A program made the translations under genes and the position numbers. Source: Octopus sinensis (taxonomy: Eukaryota). Taken from it: a stretch of 10,053 bases of DNA. How positions within the stretch are numbered: position 1 is the first letter of the stretch; every line of letters starts with the position of its first letter. Under the pieces are notes generated by a model. The model was not told the DNA's origin. It was given only the letters and a program-made list of their open reading frames with translations, and made no database searches. Shown in pieces: positions 8,145 through 10,053 of this stretch. The stretch lies in assembly GCF_006345805.1 (NCBI RefSeq), contig NW_021827353.1, positions 1 to 10,053 on the forward strand. The letters run 5' to 3'.

Positions 8145-9380
8145 TAGAGCTAGCAGTGACCTTCGTGAAGCAGTGTGATGAGTAACATCGCTGCATTTAC
8201 TTCGCAAATTGTGAAGTTTGTGTTTTTGTGATTAAATGTATGCTGTAGTTTTGCGATTTTGTCACGGACAGGAAGTTGGAACAAAGATCCAACGCGAAGC
8301 TTTGCTTTAAACTTGGGAAGTCTGCTACAGAGACATTGAGCATGTTTCGACAAGCCTACGACGACGAGGCTACGGGTCGTACACACCGTTTCGAGTGAGA
8401 CGGACGCTTTAAAAGCGGAAGAATGTCCCTGGAAGGCGATGAGCGATCAGGAAGACCTGCCACGAGCGCCACTCCCGGAAATGCGGAGAAAATTCATCAG
8501 TTTGTGCATGAGGATTGTTGGAGGACAATCAACGCCATTTCTGATGTTGTTGACCAGTCTTATGGGTCCGTGCAGGCAATCCTAACGTTTGAATTGAACA
8601 TGCGGAGTGTCTCTGTCAAGTTTGTCCCCCGACTGCTGACCACTGGAGCAGAAAGAACATCGCCTCGAAATCTGCCAAGATTTCGGTCGGCGTGCCGCTG
8701 ATGACCCATCCTTCATGCGAAGGATCATCACCGGTGACGAGAGTTGAGTCTACGGGTATAACCCCGAGACGAGGCAGGAATCGTCACAATGGAAGTGGCC
8801 TTCATCTCCACGGCCGAAGAAGGCACCAGAGAGCCGCAGCTCAATCAAAAGCTTGCTCATCGTTTCTTTCGACATCCGCGGTGTTGTGCATCGAGAGTTC
8901 GACCCCAGGACCAGACCGTCAATCGAGAGTTCTACTGCGACGTTTTGAAGTGTTTGAAGGAAGACATTCGGCGGAAGCGACCGGATCTGTGGAGCGCAAA
9001 GAACTAGATTCTTCACGACGACAATGCACCCTGTCACCAAACTCTCCTCACTCGTGTGCTTCTTGCCAAAAACACAATGGTATCGCTTCTGTACCCACCC
9101 TATTCACCAGATTTAACACAAGTGGACTTCCATCTCTTCCCCAAGCTGAAAATGCAGCCCAAAGGTCAAAATGCACCGCGATCGAGATCAAATGCGAATC
9201 ACTGAAGGTTCTCAACTTACTAACGGAAAACGACTTCCAAGCCGATTCCAAAAGTGACAAGAACGCTGGGACGGGTGCATTGCTGCGCAAGGTGACTATT
9301 TCGAAGGAAATGATGTTAAAACTCATTAAATTATTTTTTATTAAACATAACTAGTCCGGAAACCTTTTGATACCACCTCG
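8145..9380 (+). mobile_element. Near full-length dead mariner (DD34D) transposon
   Basis: Contains the transposase pseudogene. The right TIR ...ctagtccggaaaccttttgataccacctcg is followed by TA (9381-9382). The left TIR is not clearly recognisable (weak candidate 8084-8113), so the start is approximate. Confidence 0.88.
8264..9329 (+). pseudogene. Mariner DD34D transposase pseudogene
   Basis: Start codon is ACG in place of ATG. Translation gives EQRSNAKLCFKLGKSATET...RSGRP...KFVPRLLT/...IITGDES*VYGY...ILHDDNAPCH...PPYSPDLTQVDF...GDYFE, with 34 residues between the second and third catalytic Asp. Several stops and frameshifts. Confidence 0.95.
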
Positions 9381-9425
9381 TATAAATGTTCGTATTTCAT
9401 TATTCAGTTTTATTTCAAAACGGGC

Positions 9426-9641
9426 GGCGGTGAGCTGGCAGAAACGTTAGCACGCTGAACAAAGCGCTTAGCAGTATTTCGTCTACAGCTACGTTCTGAG
9501 TTCAAAATCCGCCGAGGTCGACTTTGCCTTTCATTGCTTTCAGGGTCGATAAATTAAGTACCAGCCTGAGTACTGTGGTCAAAGTAATCGACTAACTCCT
9601 CCCCACCAAACTTCAGGCCTTGTACCTAGAGTAGAATGATT
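9426..9641 (+). mobile_element. tRNA-derived SINE with Deu/Nin-type central domain (octopus OR/OK-like)
   Basis: ggcggtgagctggcagaaacgttagc head and B-box-like gagttcaaaatcc (9498-9510). Central gcctttcat...gggtcgataaattaagtaccag resembles the Deu/Nin SINE domain. The family name is from memory. Confidence 0.85.
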
Positions 9642-10053
9642 TTCAGTTTATTTCATGATTTCCTGCCAATAAAGAGAGCCGGTTCTAATCTAGATCCAAG
9701 GCTCCCTGGAATTTCAATAACATCAACGGATTTTTGTACGTATGCTTGTGCATATGTGCAGATCTGTATATTTGTTTTATGTATGTATTTTCATGCGAAT
9801 AGCTGCACGTCTATACATGTTCTTATATAATTAAAGGGAAAACTTCGGAAGTGTTACAAAAGTTTCCAGTTTCAGTGATGGCGTGAATCTATAGTCTTTA
9901 ATCAGTTTTTCTCCTTCTGGTTTTGAGATGACAAATTTCTTAAGATTGATATTAAGGTAGGTGTTACATATCCCACGGCCCCAATAATTACAGGTATAAA
10001 CCTGACCTTTCAATCGGATAGAGTAACTAAATTTTCTCAATAATTCAACAGAG

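Noticed and set aside
8692-9354. 220-aa ORF, the longest in the window
   Set aside because: It is an off-frame reading of the frameshifted mariner transposase pseudogene. The CTGATGA at 8699 is just codons (A-D-D).
9831-10040. 69-aa minus-strand ORF and CTGATTA...GAAAC motif
   Set aside because: No recognisable domain; the hammerhead-like motif lacks G8 and paired stems.

Overview
AT-rich, microsatellite-dense eukaryotic intergenic or intronic DNA with no recognisable host gene; the long ORFs in the track are simple-repeat read-throughs or decayed transposase fragments. The SINE families resemble those I recall from octopus (OK/OR types), so a coleoid cephalopod origin is inferred, not proven. 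The window holds four pieces of a tRNA/CORE-type SINE, two copies of a Deu/Nin-type SINE, two dead IS630-Tc1-mariner transposons (DD37D internally deleted; DD34D near full length), two 5'-truncated R4/Dong-like LINE 3' ends inside one (TAA)n array, and a Helitron-like 3' end. The most interesting part is 5.7-7.4 kb, a nest of short AT-rich modules separated by (TA)n tracts. It carries a complete minimal type I hammerhead ribozyme on the minus strand (7158-7220, palindromic stem III) and two degenerate hammerheads on the same strand. It also has inverted terminal duplications, including a perfect 36-bp inverted repeat. This looks like a cluster of non-autonomous Penelope-like or retrozyme-like elements associated with (TA)n.
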